A stretch of 64,000 nucleotides of DNA from Octopus sinensis (Eukaryota): assembly GCF_006345805.1 (NCBI RefSeq), contig NC_043014.1, forward strand, positions 32,984,001 to 33,048,000. The letters are read 5' to 3'. Below, piece by piece: positions 38,226-51,077 of this stretch; position 1 is the first letter of the stretch, and each line of letters opens with the position of its first letter. The notes below the pieces were generated by a model. That model saw nothing but the letters and a program-made list of their open reading frames with translations, searched no databases and was not told where the DNA came from. A program made the translations under genes and the position numbers.

Positions 38226-38762
38226 GTAAGTTCAGGTGTTTATTTGTATTAGCTTTAATAAAGGATGGTGAGTTGTTTAGCTCCAGTCCAGCGCTGGCCA
38301 AACAGGTTCTTGATCTAAACCATGATCATTCTGTGCATTAATATATACTTTCATGGAAGGTAGCAAATTGGAAGAATTATTAGCATACCAGGCAAAATGC
38401 TTAGCAGCATTTCATCTATCTTCACGTTCTTAGTTCAAATTCTGCCAAGGCCTTTCATCCTATCAGAGTCAATAAAATAAGTACCAGTTGAATACATGGG
38501 TCAGTGTAACCAACTTACTTCTCCCCTAAAATTGCTGGCCTTGTGCCAAAATTTGAAACCAATATTTACTTTCATGAAGGATTGTCATGAAAATGATAAA
38601 GGCATAGTAGTGGCTGTGTGGTAAGTAGCTTGCTTACAAACTACATGGTCCCGGGTTCAGTCCCACTGCATGGCACCTTGGACAAGTGTCTTCTACTATA
38701 GCCTCGGGCTGACAAAAAGCCTTGTGAGTGGATTAGACGGAAACTGAAAGAAGCCCGTTGTG

Positions 38763-38797
<35 letters not shown>

Positions 38798-39658
38798 ATA
38801 TGTTTGTGCGTCTGTGTTTGTCCCCCCAACATCGCTTGTCAAGCAAAAGAGACCGATAGAATAAGTACTAGGCTTACAAATAATAAGTCCTGGGGTCAAT
38901 TTGCTCAACTAAAGGTGGTGCTCCAGCATGGCCACAGTCAAATGACTGAAACAAGTAAAAGAGTAAACATATCAAACTAAATGGGAAAAATAAAACTATA
39001 TTGACATTTGGTTTGAACAGCTGCCATTAGGCAAGGATTAGACAGAAGTTTTAAAGAGGAACCAAGAATGATGGGTTTTAATGGGAACAATGTGTTAACA
39101 AAAGACATATAGCTCAAGTTCAGAGAAAGAGTCCACATGTCTGTAAATTACTTATTGTAGTGTGTTGGTTCCCTCCACAATTAGAACATGTGCAAGGGGT
39201 GGATCCAAGAAGACGTGGGACCAAGTGGTGAGGAAGGGTCTTTAGATGCTGGGCCTCACTGAAGAAATGACTAGGGATTGGGAGTTGTGGAAATTTGCTA
39301 TACTTAACATGTGCCAAGCTAAATAAAATCACAGTCATCCATACATACAGGCTGTCCTTTGCAGGTGCAGGTGCCACATAGAATGCACTTGTGCCTGTGC
39401 CACACAGTATGGAACTGTGCTGGTGTCACATAAAATGCATTCATGCTGGTGCCATGTAAAATGCACTTGTGCTGGTGCCACATATGAAGCACTCATGTCG
39501 GTGCTGTGTAAACACTCATACCAGTTGCATGTAAGAAGCACCCAGTACACTCTGTCAAATGGTTGGCATTAGGAAGGGTATCCAGCCATAGAAATGATGC
39601 TAAAACAGACAACTGGAGTCTGGACAGCTCTCTGGCTGGCAAACTCCTGTTAAACTGT

Positions 39659-39815
39659 ACTAGCACTATGACCCGGCGTTGCTGGGTCTAGTGCTAGTGC
39701 TTGTTGTTTGTTGCTGGGTCGCAGTAAAAATTTCTCACTAAATCAAGAGCTAAGTTTCTTATCGCATTTCAGCCCAATCCAGTTTTGTTGTTTATGAGTG
39801 AGTCAGAGCTTTTTA
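39659..39815 (-). mobile_element. Helitron 3'-end fragment inserted in a family R repeat
   Basis: The minus strand ends cccagcaacgccgggtcatagtgCTAG|t, a hairpin plus CTAG as in the element at 44904-45286. Confidence 0.65.
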
Positions 39816-40758
39816 TGAGAGCATGGTAAACAGATGTTAAACAGTGATGATGATGTTGGGAAATATATGCTTACCAATCAATTGAATGGTCTTTTGTGAG
39901 GATGGATCAAACTGTATTTGTGTGGCTTGCAGTAATACTCAAATGTAGATTGGACTTGAGTGTATAGGGAGTCGACAGCTGGTCAAGGCTGAGGTATATT
40001 TTGACTGTAAAAGAAAGCCTAGGCTTTAGGGTGTAGTTTTAGTACTGCTACACTTGAGTGGTTAGCTTAAATGAAAATGACAAAGATAGTGAGGCCAGGC
40101 ATTTTCTTAAGATTTTGACAGATTTGGTGTGGTGAAATACTGTCTTTGATGTCTGTATATGTGGTATTGTTGTGAAAGATGATTTGTCATATTCCATTGA
40201 TTCAGTGCAGCTCTAGCATAAAGTGTCTTAGGTGAATGTTCATGAATGTTATAGATGTGTGAAAGACAGTACCATCTACAACTATGCGTGTGTGTGTGTT
40301 GTTAGGAGAAGTAGCAAATAAGTCGTTAATATTGATAAGGAAGAAAGCAGCAAGCTGGCAGAGTTGTGACCACATCGGACAAAATGCTTAGTGGCATTTC
40401 TTCCAACTTTAGATTCTGAGTTCAAATGTTGCTGGGTTAGGGTCAAATTTGCCTTTCAGCTTTTCTAGGTCGATAAAATAAGTGCCAGCTGGGCACTGGG
40501 GTTGATGTAATTGACTAGGTCTTTCCCCAAAAATTTCAGGCCTTGTGCCTATAGTAGAAAGAGTATTTCTTGCATAAGCACATCACCCAAAATTTAGGGA
40601 AGAAGGTAGCCAATTAAATCAATCTGAGTACTTAACTGGTACTTTGTTTTATTGATCTTGGAGGGATAAAAGCCAAAGTTGACCCTGAAAGAGCTGATAA
40701 TAATTTAGTTGGCTGGCTGGCTGGTTGGTTGGTTGGTTCATTCATTAAATTTATTTAA

Positions 40759-40960
40759 CCCTTTCGTTACTGTATTTTGAGATGCTCTGTGTTTCTTTCA
40801 ATTACTTTAAGTATAACAAGGAATTTAGTAAAATAACTTACTTATCATTCAGCTAGTGTTAGGAACATAAACTGGGACTAAGGTTTGGTGGAAGATTTTA
40901 ATTCAAAACTTATGAAAAACAAGACATTTATACTCAGAGCCAGAGCTGGTAATGAAAGGG
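40759..40960. mobile_element. piggyBac-like MITE
   Basis: ttaa|ccctttcgttac ... gtaatgaaaggg|ttta. Confidence 0.7.
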
Positions 40961-41090
40961 TTTATCATATCTATCTATATATATATATATATAATAAGGG
41001 TGAAAAATTGAATATAAATTTGATTAATATCAATTTAAAACCAGTGGCCTAGCATATTGAAAAATCTGAAGATTCAGAAAAATTATATTA

Positions 41091-41593
41091 CATACATATA
41101 AGAGAGATGACCTCTAAGTGGACATCCATTATACTAGAGGTAGACCCATATGGTCTGACCATTAAGAAAAGATTGTTCTCAAGAAAATTCAGCAAATGCC
41201 ATTACGTAAGCGAGCAAGACAAATGAAAAAATACAAAATATAAATATTAATCACAAAACCGGTTTCATTGTTACCTCTTACGTAAAACTTACGTAAATGT
41301 CCCCAATTCATCAGTGTGATCGTCATAGCAAAATATAATTTACAGAACTATACACAGAATGTCCACATGAGATTGAACATGCATATAGTTCTACCAATTA
41401 CATTTTGGGTTATGTTTCAAAAGTCTTCGTTTTGGCACACCAAAATACTGGAAATAATTCTGCAGAAAATAATTCTCTGCAGTGAATTTTGCCGGTTAGA
41501 GAACATCGTTATTTAAATTTTAAAAACTGGCATATGGGGTCTACCTCTAGCATAATGGATGTTCACTTAGTGGTCATCCCCCTTATATGTATG
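41091..41593. mobile_element. MITE with about 62-bp terminal inverted repeats, TA-flanked
   Basis: catacatataagagagatgacctctaagtggacatccattatactagaggtagacccatatg versus its imperfect reverse complement at 41531-41593. Confidence 0.8.
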
Positions 41594-41626
<33 letters not shown>

Positions 41627-42409
41627 GTGTGGCTGTGTGGTAAGAAGCTTGTTTTCCAACTATATGGTTCCAGGTTCAGTCCTACTGCATGACACCTTGG
41701 AACAAGTGTCTTCTAACAAAGCCTTGGGCCTACCAAAGTTTTGCGAGTGGATTTGGTTGACAGAAACTGAAAGAATCCCATTGTGTGTGTGTGTGTGTCC
41801 ACTGCTTGAAAACCAGTGCTGATATGTTTATGTCTTCATGACTTGATGGTTTGAAAAAATGACCAACAGAATAAGTACTAGGGTCGATTACTTTGGCTAA
41901 AAGTTCTTCAAAGTGGTGCCCCAGCATGACCGCAGTCTAATGACTGAAACAAGTAAAAGATAAAAAAAAAGATATAAAAGTTTTGAGTGCACTTTTTATT
42001 TGTTGACATTTTTTTGTTTGAAGAAAGACTACAATAATTGTATGGACGATGTACTAAAAAACTGACCATGTAATCAGTTGAAGGCACATGGCTCAATGGT
42101 TAGGGCATTAAGCTCACAATCATGATGTTGTGTGTTCAATTCCCAGGTTAGGCTGTATGTTGTGTTCTTGAAAAACACTTTATTTCACATTGCTCCAGTT
42201 CATTCAGGTGTAGGCGTGAGTTGCAACATCACTGGTGCCAAGCTGTATCAGCCTTTGCCTTTCCTTTGGATAACATCAGTGACATGGAGAGGGGCCCTGG
42301 TATGCATGGGTGACAATAAACAAACTTGCCCGGACTTGTGTCTCAAAGGGGAACTTTCTGGGTGCAATCCCATGGTTATTCATGATCGAAGGGAGTCTTT
42401 AGTAACTTG

Positions 42410-42678
42410 GTTGTATGTTCGGGGTCATTCCGAAAAGCTCTACCTGTGACGATTTCATCTCAATCGAAGGAGAGGAGCTTTCTCCATCCGGGTTGCGGAT
42501 CCGTGGAACAAGCTGCCAGACGAGATGGTGAAGAAGCCGACGACCTCTTTGTTCAAAGTCTCCCTTGACCTTAAGTGGCCTGAACTCTTTACATGAACAC
42601 CACCCTGTACTTAACTCCATGTCCCCCTACATGGCCTTGCTATTTGCTTTTGAGCCAAATTAACTAACTAACTAACTA
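42410..42678 (+). mobile_element. CR1 LINE 3' end
   Basis: Reads HLNRRRGAFSIRVADPWNKLPDEMVKKPTTSLFKVSLDLKWPELFT*, the CR1 ORF2 C-terminal pattern (FS.RV...WN.LP..VV....FK..LD); (TAAC)n tail. Confidence 0.85.
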
Positions 42679-43595
42679 CAACTACAAATGAAAAAGAATT
42701 AGCACCTAAAGAAACCAAATATGTTCTCTCCTTTGATGGAAAGAAAAGTTTCTGAAAACACCACTTCTCGACTAACTTGGAGCTAATTATGAAAGAAAGT
42801 AACAGACAGACACAAAAAAATGAAGAGCTACTCAGAGTGCTTCACTGGTATTTATTTATTGATTCCAGGTGTATGAAAGGTGAAGGTCACTCCCATATGA
42901 TTTGAACACTCGGTGCAGGGTTGGGAATAAAGGAAGCAAAGTATTCCAAATAATGGTCTGATGATACTGCACAACAAACAAAAGCTGAAAATAATCCCTC
43001 ATATACAGTCTTTGAATTTGAACACAACATAAGCCCGATTCAGCCAGTTCTCCAACTATGTCAGTGTTCAAATTTGTAGAAATGCTCTATTTCCCATAGT
43101 AGTATGGCAATTAAGCATGTAAAGTTCCAACAAAACAGAGAGGCAACATCAGTGAAAAAGCTAAAATTATACATAACTTACACTTGAGAAAGCATTGTTT
43201 GAATTGAAGTTAATTATATTACATTTACAGCAAGCTAGTCACCCGATTTTTGTCACGAGAAGTGACAGCACCTTTTGTCCTTGCCTTGCCTTGCTTTGTA
43301 AATAACTACTGATACATATGGTAGTTTTGCTGGGTCTGTTGCTTGAAAAAAGTGCTTTAATTGATCTGTACACCATTTAAAGTAAATATATATTTGTCTG
43401 TATGCCTGAGTGTGTGTGTCTGTACATACACACATGCTTGTATCATGTGTATATGTGTGTGAATATATATATATATATTGGCCTGCTCGCTTAGCCAGCG
43501 GGGTGGCGTCGTTCGAAGGCTAAAACAATGCGAACGCATTGTGACCAGCGATGTGTAACAACATCTGATGGTCTGGTCGGTCACGTGATCATGTG

Positions 43596-43679
<84 letters not shown>

Positions 43680-43690
43680 CTTATTTTTTT

Positions 43691-44893
43691 TTGCCATTTC
43701 AATATGGCTAACCCCTAAGGGTGGATGCTACTGTAGTTTTTAGCCCCAGGAGGACACACTCCTCCAGCTGGCCATAGACACACTATCTGTGTCCTGTCAG
43801 TATTTGCAAAGGGAAGTCATCCTTCCCGTCTTCAACTTATGATACACACGGACTCGAGTTTCGAGGTATTGACCTCTCATCAGCGTGTGACAATCATAGT
43901 TGTCGCCGAGAATTAGATTTCCTTCACAAATACTTATACTTTTTCCAGCGTCCACTGTCGCTGATAATGAAAAAGTGAAATCAAACAATGATAAATATCA
44001 AAGTGAGTTATATACAGTAGCGGTAACACATCGACGTATTTTTGCCATTTCAATATGGCTAACCCCTAAGGTGGATGCTACTGTAGTTTTTAGCCCCAGG
44101 AGGACACACTCCTCCAGCTGGCCATAGACACACTATCTGTGTCCTGTCAGTATTTGCAAAGGAAGTCATCCTTCCCGTCTTCAACTTATGATACACATGG
44201 ACTCGAGTTTCGAGGTATTGACCTCTCGTCAGCGTGTGACAATCATAGTTGTCGCCGAGAATTAGATTTCCTTCACAAATACTTATACTTTTTCCAGCGT
44301 CCACTACTGTCGCTGATAATGAAAAAGTGAAATCAAACAATGATAATATCAAAGTGAGTTATACAGTAGCGGTAACACATCGTGACGTATTTTTGCCATT
44401 TCAATATGGCTAACCCCTAAGGGTGGATGCTACTGTAGTTTTTAGGCTAACCCTTAGGGGTTAGCCATATTGAAATGGCAAAAATACGTCACGATGTGTT
44501 ACCGCTACTGTATATAACTCACTTTGATATTTATCATTGTTTGATTTCACTTTTTCATTATCAGCGACAGTGGACGCTGGAAAAAGTATAAGTATTTGTG
44601 AAGGAAATCTAATTCTCGGCGACAACTATGATTGTCACACGCTGACGAGAGGTCAATACCTCGAAACTCGAGTCCGTGTGTATCATAAATTGAAGACGGG
44701 AAGGATGACTTCCCTTTGCAAATACTGACAGGACACAGATAGTGTGTCTATGGCCAGCTGGAGGAGTGTGTCCTCCTGGGGCTAAAAACTACAGTAGCAT
44801 CCACCCTTAGGGGTTAGCAATATTGAAATGGCAAAAATACGTCACGATGTGTTACCGCTACTGTATATAACTCACTTTGATATTTATCATTGT
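43691..44893. repeat. 351-bp tandem satellite: about 2.15 forward units, then about 1.25 inverted units
   Basis: ttgccatttcaatatggctaacccctaag at 43691, 44042 and 44393; orientation flips at about 44445-44460. Confidence 0.92.
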
Positions 44894-44903
44894 TATATAT
44901 ATA

Positions 44904-45286
44904 TCTCTCTCTATATAAACGGCAGTTTGTCTGTGCGTGTTTCTGTGTGTCTGTTTTTCTCGTACCTCACCCTGACCACGGCTTTCAACCGATTCTGATG
45001 AAACTTGACACACACATAGCCAATGTCCTAATTCAAAACTACGCAACGCGAAATTTTTGAAAAGTTCCCCCAGTTCTGAAAAAATCGATAAATTCGACAT
45101 GGGGTCGAGAATAAAAAAAAACAACTGACGTCTAGGGGACGCGCAACTCAAACCTTTTATTACTCTCAAAAAAAATTTACGCATCATTTTTTTTCCATTT
45201 TTTGGCTATTTTTTGGCTATAACTCTCTAAAAATGCTTTATAGTTATTCCCTTAAAACCTGAGCAACGCCGGGGCTATACTGCTAG
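44904..45286 (+). mobile_element. Non-autonomous Helitron
   Basis: A|TC start (tctctctctatataaac...tgtctgtgcgtg), internal caaccgattctgatgaaacttg, 3' hairpin cctgagcaacgccgggg, terminal CTAG|T. Confidence 0.82.
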
Positions 45287-45287
45287 T

Positions 45288-46607
45288 ATATATATATATT
45301 ATAATATATTGTATGTATATATCTATATATAAAATATAAAAATAATGTATGTTATATTATTATATGTATGTATCGTATTATATATATGTAATGTATTAAT
45401 ATATATATGTATGTTATATATAATATATTATGTATATATATATCTATGTATGTATATATATATATATATGTATGTATATATATATATAATGTAATGTAAT
45501 ATATATATATGTATGTATATATATATTATATGTAGTATTATATATATATATGATTATATATATAATATTATGTATATATATATATGTTGTATATATATAT
45601 ATATATGTATGTATATATATATATATGTATGTATATTATATATATTATGTATGTATATATATATATATTGTTATGTATATATTATATATTTCTGTATAAT
45701 ATAGATTGTATGTTAATATATATATATTAAGTATAGTATATAGATATTATGTATATATATATATGTATGTATGTATATATATATTATGTATGATTATATA
45801 TGTATGTATGTAATATATAATGTATGTATATATAAGTATGTATGTATATATATATGGTATGGTATATATATAGTATGTATATATTATGTATTATATATAT
45901 ATAATGTATGTATATATATAATGTATTTAATATATATATATGTATGTATATTATTGTATGTAATTTATATATATATTATGTTTATGTATGATATATCTTA
46001 TGTATATATATTATATGTATGTATGTATGTATATATATATATGTATGTATATAATAGATATATATGTAATGTATGTATTATATCTATGTATGTATGTATG
46101 TATATATATGTATGTATAAAATATGTATGTATATATATAAATATTGTGGTATATATAATGTATGTATATATATGTAATTTATATAGATATATGTATGTAT
46201 ATATATATATATGTATATATAACATATATATATGTATGTATATATATATATGTATGTATATATATATATATATGTATGTATATATATATATATGTATGTA
46301 TATATATATATATGTATGTATATATAATATATGTGTATATATATATTATATATGTATGATGTCTATATATATATGTATAGTTATGTATATATAGTTTATA
46401 TATATAGTATCTATATGTATGTATATATATATATATGTATGTATAATATAGATATGTATGTATATATATATATATGTATGTATATATATATATATGTATG
46501 TATATATATATAGATATATATATGTATGTATATATATATAATATGTAATGTATATATATATATGTATGTATATATATATGTGATAATATATATATAATAT
46601 GTAGTAT

Positions 46608-46648
<41 letters not shown>

Positions 46649-46900
46649 TGTATGTATGTATATATATATATATATGTTATGTATATATATATATGTATGT
46701 ATGTATATATAGAATATGTATGTATATATATATATATGTATGTATATGTATATAATATATATGTATGTATTATATATATAATATATGTATGTATATATAT
46801 ATATATGTATGTATATGTATATATAATATATATGTATGTATATATATATATAATATATATATGGATGTATATATATCTATCTATATATATATATATATTG

Positions 46901-46938
<38 letters not shown>

Positions 46939-47039
46939 ATCTATATATTATGTATGTATATATATATGTATGTATGACTATATATATGTATGTAGTATTA
47001 TATATATATATCTGTATTATATATATATATATATGTATG

Positions 47040-47077
<38 letters not shown>

Positions 47078-47397
47078 GATGTTATATATATATATGTATA
47101 TATATATCTATAGTATATATTATATATTATGTATCTATAATATATATATGTCTATATATATATATGTATGTCTATATATATAATATATGTATATATATAT
47201 ATATGTTTATATCTATAATGTATGTAATATATATATATGTATGTATATATATATATGTACGTATATGTATGTATATATGTATGTATATGTATGTAATATA
47301 TAGTATGTGTATGTATGTATATGTATGTATATTATATGTATGTATGATATATATAATGTATGTATATATATAGATATATTATAATATATAATGTATG

Positions 47398-47428
<31 letters not shown>

Positions 47429-47472
47429 TAATATATTATGTATATATATATATAATATTTATGTATATAATA

Positions 47473-47511
<39 letters not shown>

Positions 47512-47681
47512 TATATATATATGTATATATATAATATATATATATATGTATTCTATATATATATATTCTATAGTATATAATCTAGTATATCTATGTTGTA
47601 TATATATATATATGTTATGTATATATATATTATGTATGTATCTATATATCTATGTATGTATATATTATGTAATTATGTATG

Positions 47682-47716
<35 letters not shown>

Positions 47717-48384
47717 ATATGTATGTATATATGTGTATATATATAATAATGTTGTATATATATATTATTATGTAATATATATATATATATGTATGTATAT
47801 ATATATATATATGTATGTATATATATATATATATATGTATTATATATATATATATAATATATTATGTATATATATTATATATATGTATGTAATATATATA
47901 TATGTATGTATATATATATATATATATGTATGTATATATATATATATGTATGTATATATATATGTATGTATATATATATTATATATGTATGTATATTAAT
48001 ATATGTATGTATATATATATATATGTATGTATGTATGTATGTATATATATTATGGATATAATATATATATGTATGTATGTTGTATATATATGTATGTATA
48101 TATATATATGTATGTATATATATATATATATGTATGTATATATATATGTATGTATATATTAATGTATGTATATATATATATGTATGTATATATATATATA
48201 TGTATATATATATATAATATGTGTTGTATATATATATATATGTTATGTATATATATATATGTATGTATAATATATATATATGTATGTATATATATATATA
48301 TGTATGTATATATATAATATATGTATGTATATTATATATTATATATGTAGTATGTATAATATATATATATATGTTATATATATC

Positions 48385-48415
<31 letters not shown>

Positions 48416-48610
48416 ATATATATTATGTATGTATATATATATATGTATATATATATATATTATGTATATATATATGTATTATATATATATATATGTATGT
48501 ATATATATATATATGTATGTATATATATATATATCTATATGTATGTATATATATATATATATTATGTATATATATATATATGTATGTATATATATATATA
48601 GTATATAATG

Positions 48611-48647
<37 letters not shown>

Positions 48648-48900
48648 GGTATGTATATATAATATATATGTATATTATATATATATATATATATGTGATG
48701 TATATATATATATATGTATGTATATATATATGTATGTATATATATATATGTATGTATGTATATATATATATATATGTATGTATTATATATATATATGTAT
48801 GTATATTATATATATAGTATGTATTATAATATATATATATGTATGTATATATATATATTATATGTATGTATATATATTATATATATATATATGGTATGTA

Positions 48901-48936
<36 letters not shown>

Positions 48937-49900
48937 ATACTATATATGTATATATATATATTGTTATGTATATATTATATATTTCTGTATAATATAGATT
49001 GTATGTTAATATATATATATTAAGTATAGTATATAGATATTATGTATATATATATATGTATGTATGTATATATATATTATGTATGATTATATATGTATGT
49101 ATGTAATATATAATGTATGTATATATAAGTATGTATGTATATATATATGGTATGGTATATATATAGTATGTATATATTATGTATTATATATATATAATGT
49201 ATGTATATATATAATGTATTTAATATATATATATGTATGTATATTATTGTATGTAATTTATATATATATTATGTTTATGTATGATATATCTTATGTATAT
49301 ATATTATATGTATGTATGTATGTATATATATATATGTATGTATATAATAGATATATATGTAATGTATGTATTATATCTATGTATGTATGTATGTATATAT
49401 ATGTATGTATAAAATATGTATGTATATATATAAATATTGTGGTATATATAATGTATGTATATATATGTAATTTATATAGATATATGTATGTATATATATA
49501 TATATGTATATATAACATATATATATGTATGTATATATATATATGTATGTATATATATATATATATGTATGTATATATATATATATGTATGTATATATAT
49601 ATATATGTATGTATATATAATATATGTGTATATATATATTATATATGTATGATGTCTATATATATATGTATAGTTATGTATATATAGTTTATATATATAG
49701 TATCTATATGTATGTATATATATATATATGTATGTATAATATAGATATGTATGTATATATATATATATGTATGTATATATATATATATGTATGTATATAT
49801 ATATAGATATATATATGTATGTATATATATATAATATGTAATGTATATATATATATGTATGTATATATATATGTGATAATATATATATAATATGTAGTAT

Positions 49901-49941
<41 letters not shown>

Positions 49942-50193
49942 TGTATGTATGTATATATATATATATATGTTATGTATATATATATATGTATGTATGTATA
50001 TATAGAATATGTATGTATATATATATATATGTATGTATATGTATATAATATATATGTATGTATTATATATATAATATATGTATGTATATATATATATATG
50101 TATGTATATGTATATATAATATATATGTATGTATATATATATATAATATATATATGGATGTATATATATCTATCTATATATATATATATATTG

Positions 50194-50231
<38 letters not shown>

Positions 50232-50332
50232 ATCTATATATTATGTATGTATATATATATGTATGTATGACTATATATATGTATGTAGTATTATATATAT
50301 ATATCTGTATTATATATATATATATATGTATG

Positions 50333-50370
<38 letters not shown>

Positions 50371-50704
50371 GATGTTATATATATATATGTATATATATAT
50401 CTATAGTATATATTATATATTATGTATCTATAATATATATATGTCTATATATATATATGTATGTCTATATATATAATATATGTATATATATATATATGTT
50501 TATATCTATAATGTATGTAATATATATATATGTATGTATATATATATATGTACGTATATGTATGTATATATATGTATGTATATGTGATGTATATAATATA
50601 TGCATGTGTATGTATGTATATGTATGTATATATATATGTATGTATATATATATATGTATGTATATATATATCTATTATTATATATATATATGTATGTATA
50701 TATC

Positions 50705-50738
<34 letters not shown>

Positions 50739-50782
50739 TATGTATATATATATATCTATTTTATGTATATAATATATATATG

Positions 50783-50834
<52 letters not shown>

Positions 50835-51077
50835 ATATATATATATATATGATGTATATATATATATATATGTATTGTATATATATATTATATGTATATT
50901 ATCTATATATATTATGTATGTATATATGTATGTATATGTATGTATATATAATATATATATGTATGTATATATGTATGTTATATGTATGTATATATATATA
51001 ATATATGTATTATGTATGTATATATGTATTATATATGTTGTATTATATTATATATATGTATGTATGTATCTATGTAT
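45288..51077. repeat. About 5.8-kb (TA)n/(TATG)n microsatellite block with an internal duplication of about 1.6 kb
   Basis: Direct reading. The ORF track shows identical translations at 45771/49064, 45998/49291 and 46622/49915 (offset 3293). Confidence 0.95.

Noticed and set aside
38226-38341. C-terminal extension KFRCLFVLALIK... of track ORF 36902..38341
   Set aside because: It follows a strong donor (CAG|gtaagt) at the HTG linker, and the finger array resumes at 57532, so it is most likely intron read-through. A short isoform cannot be excluded without RNA data.
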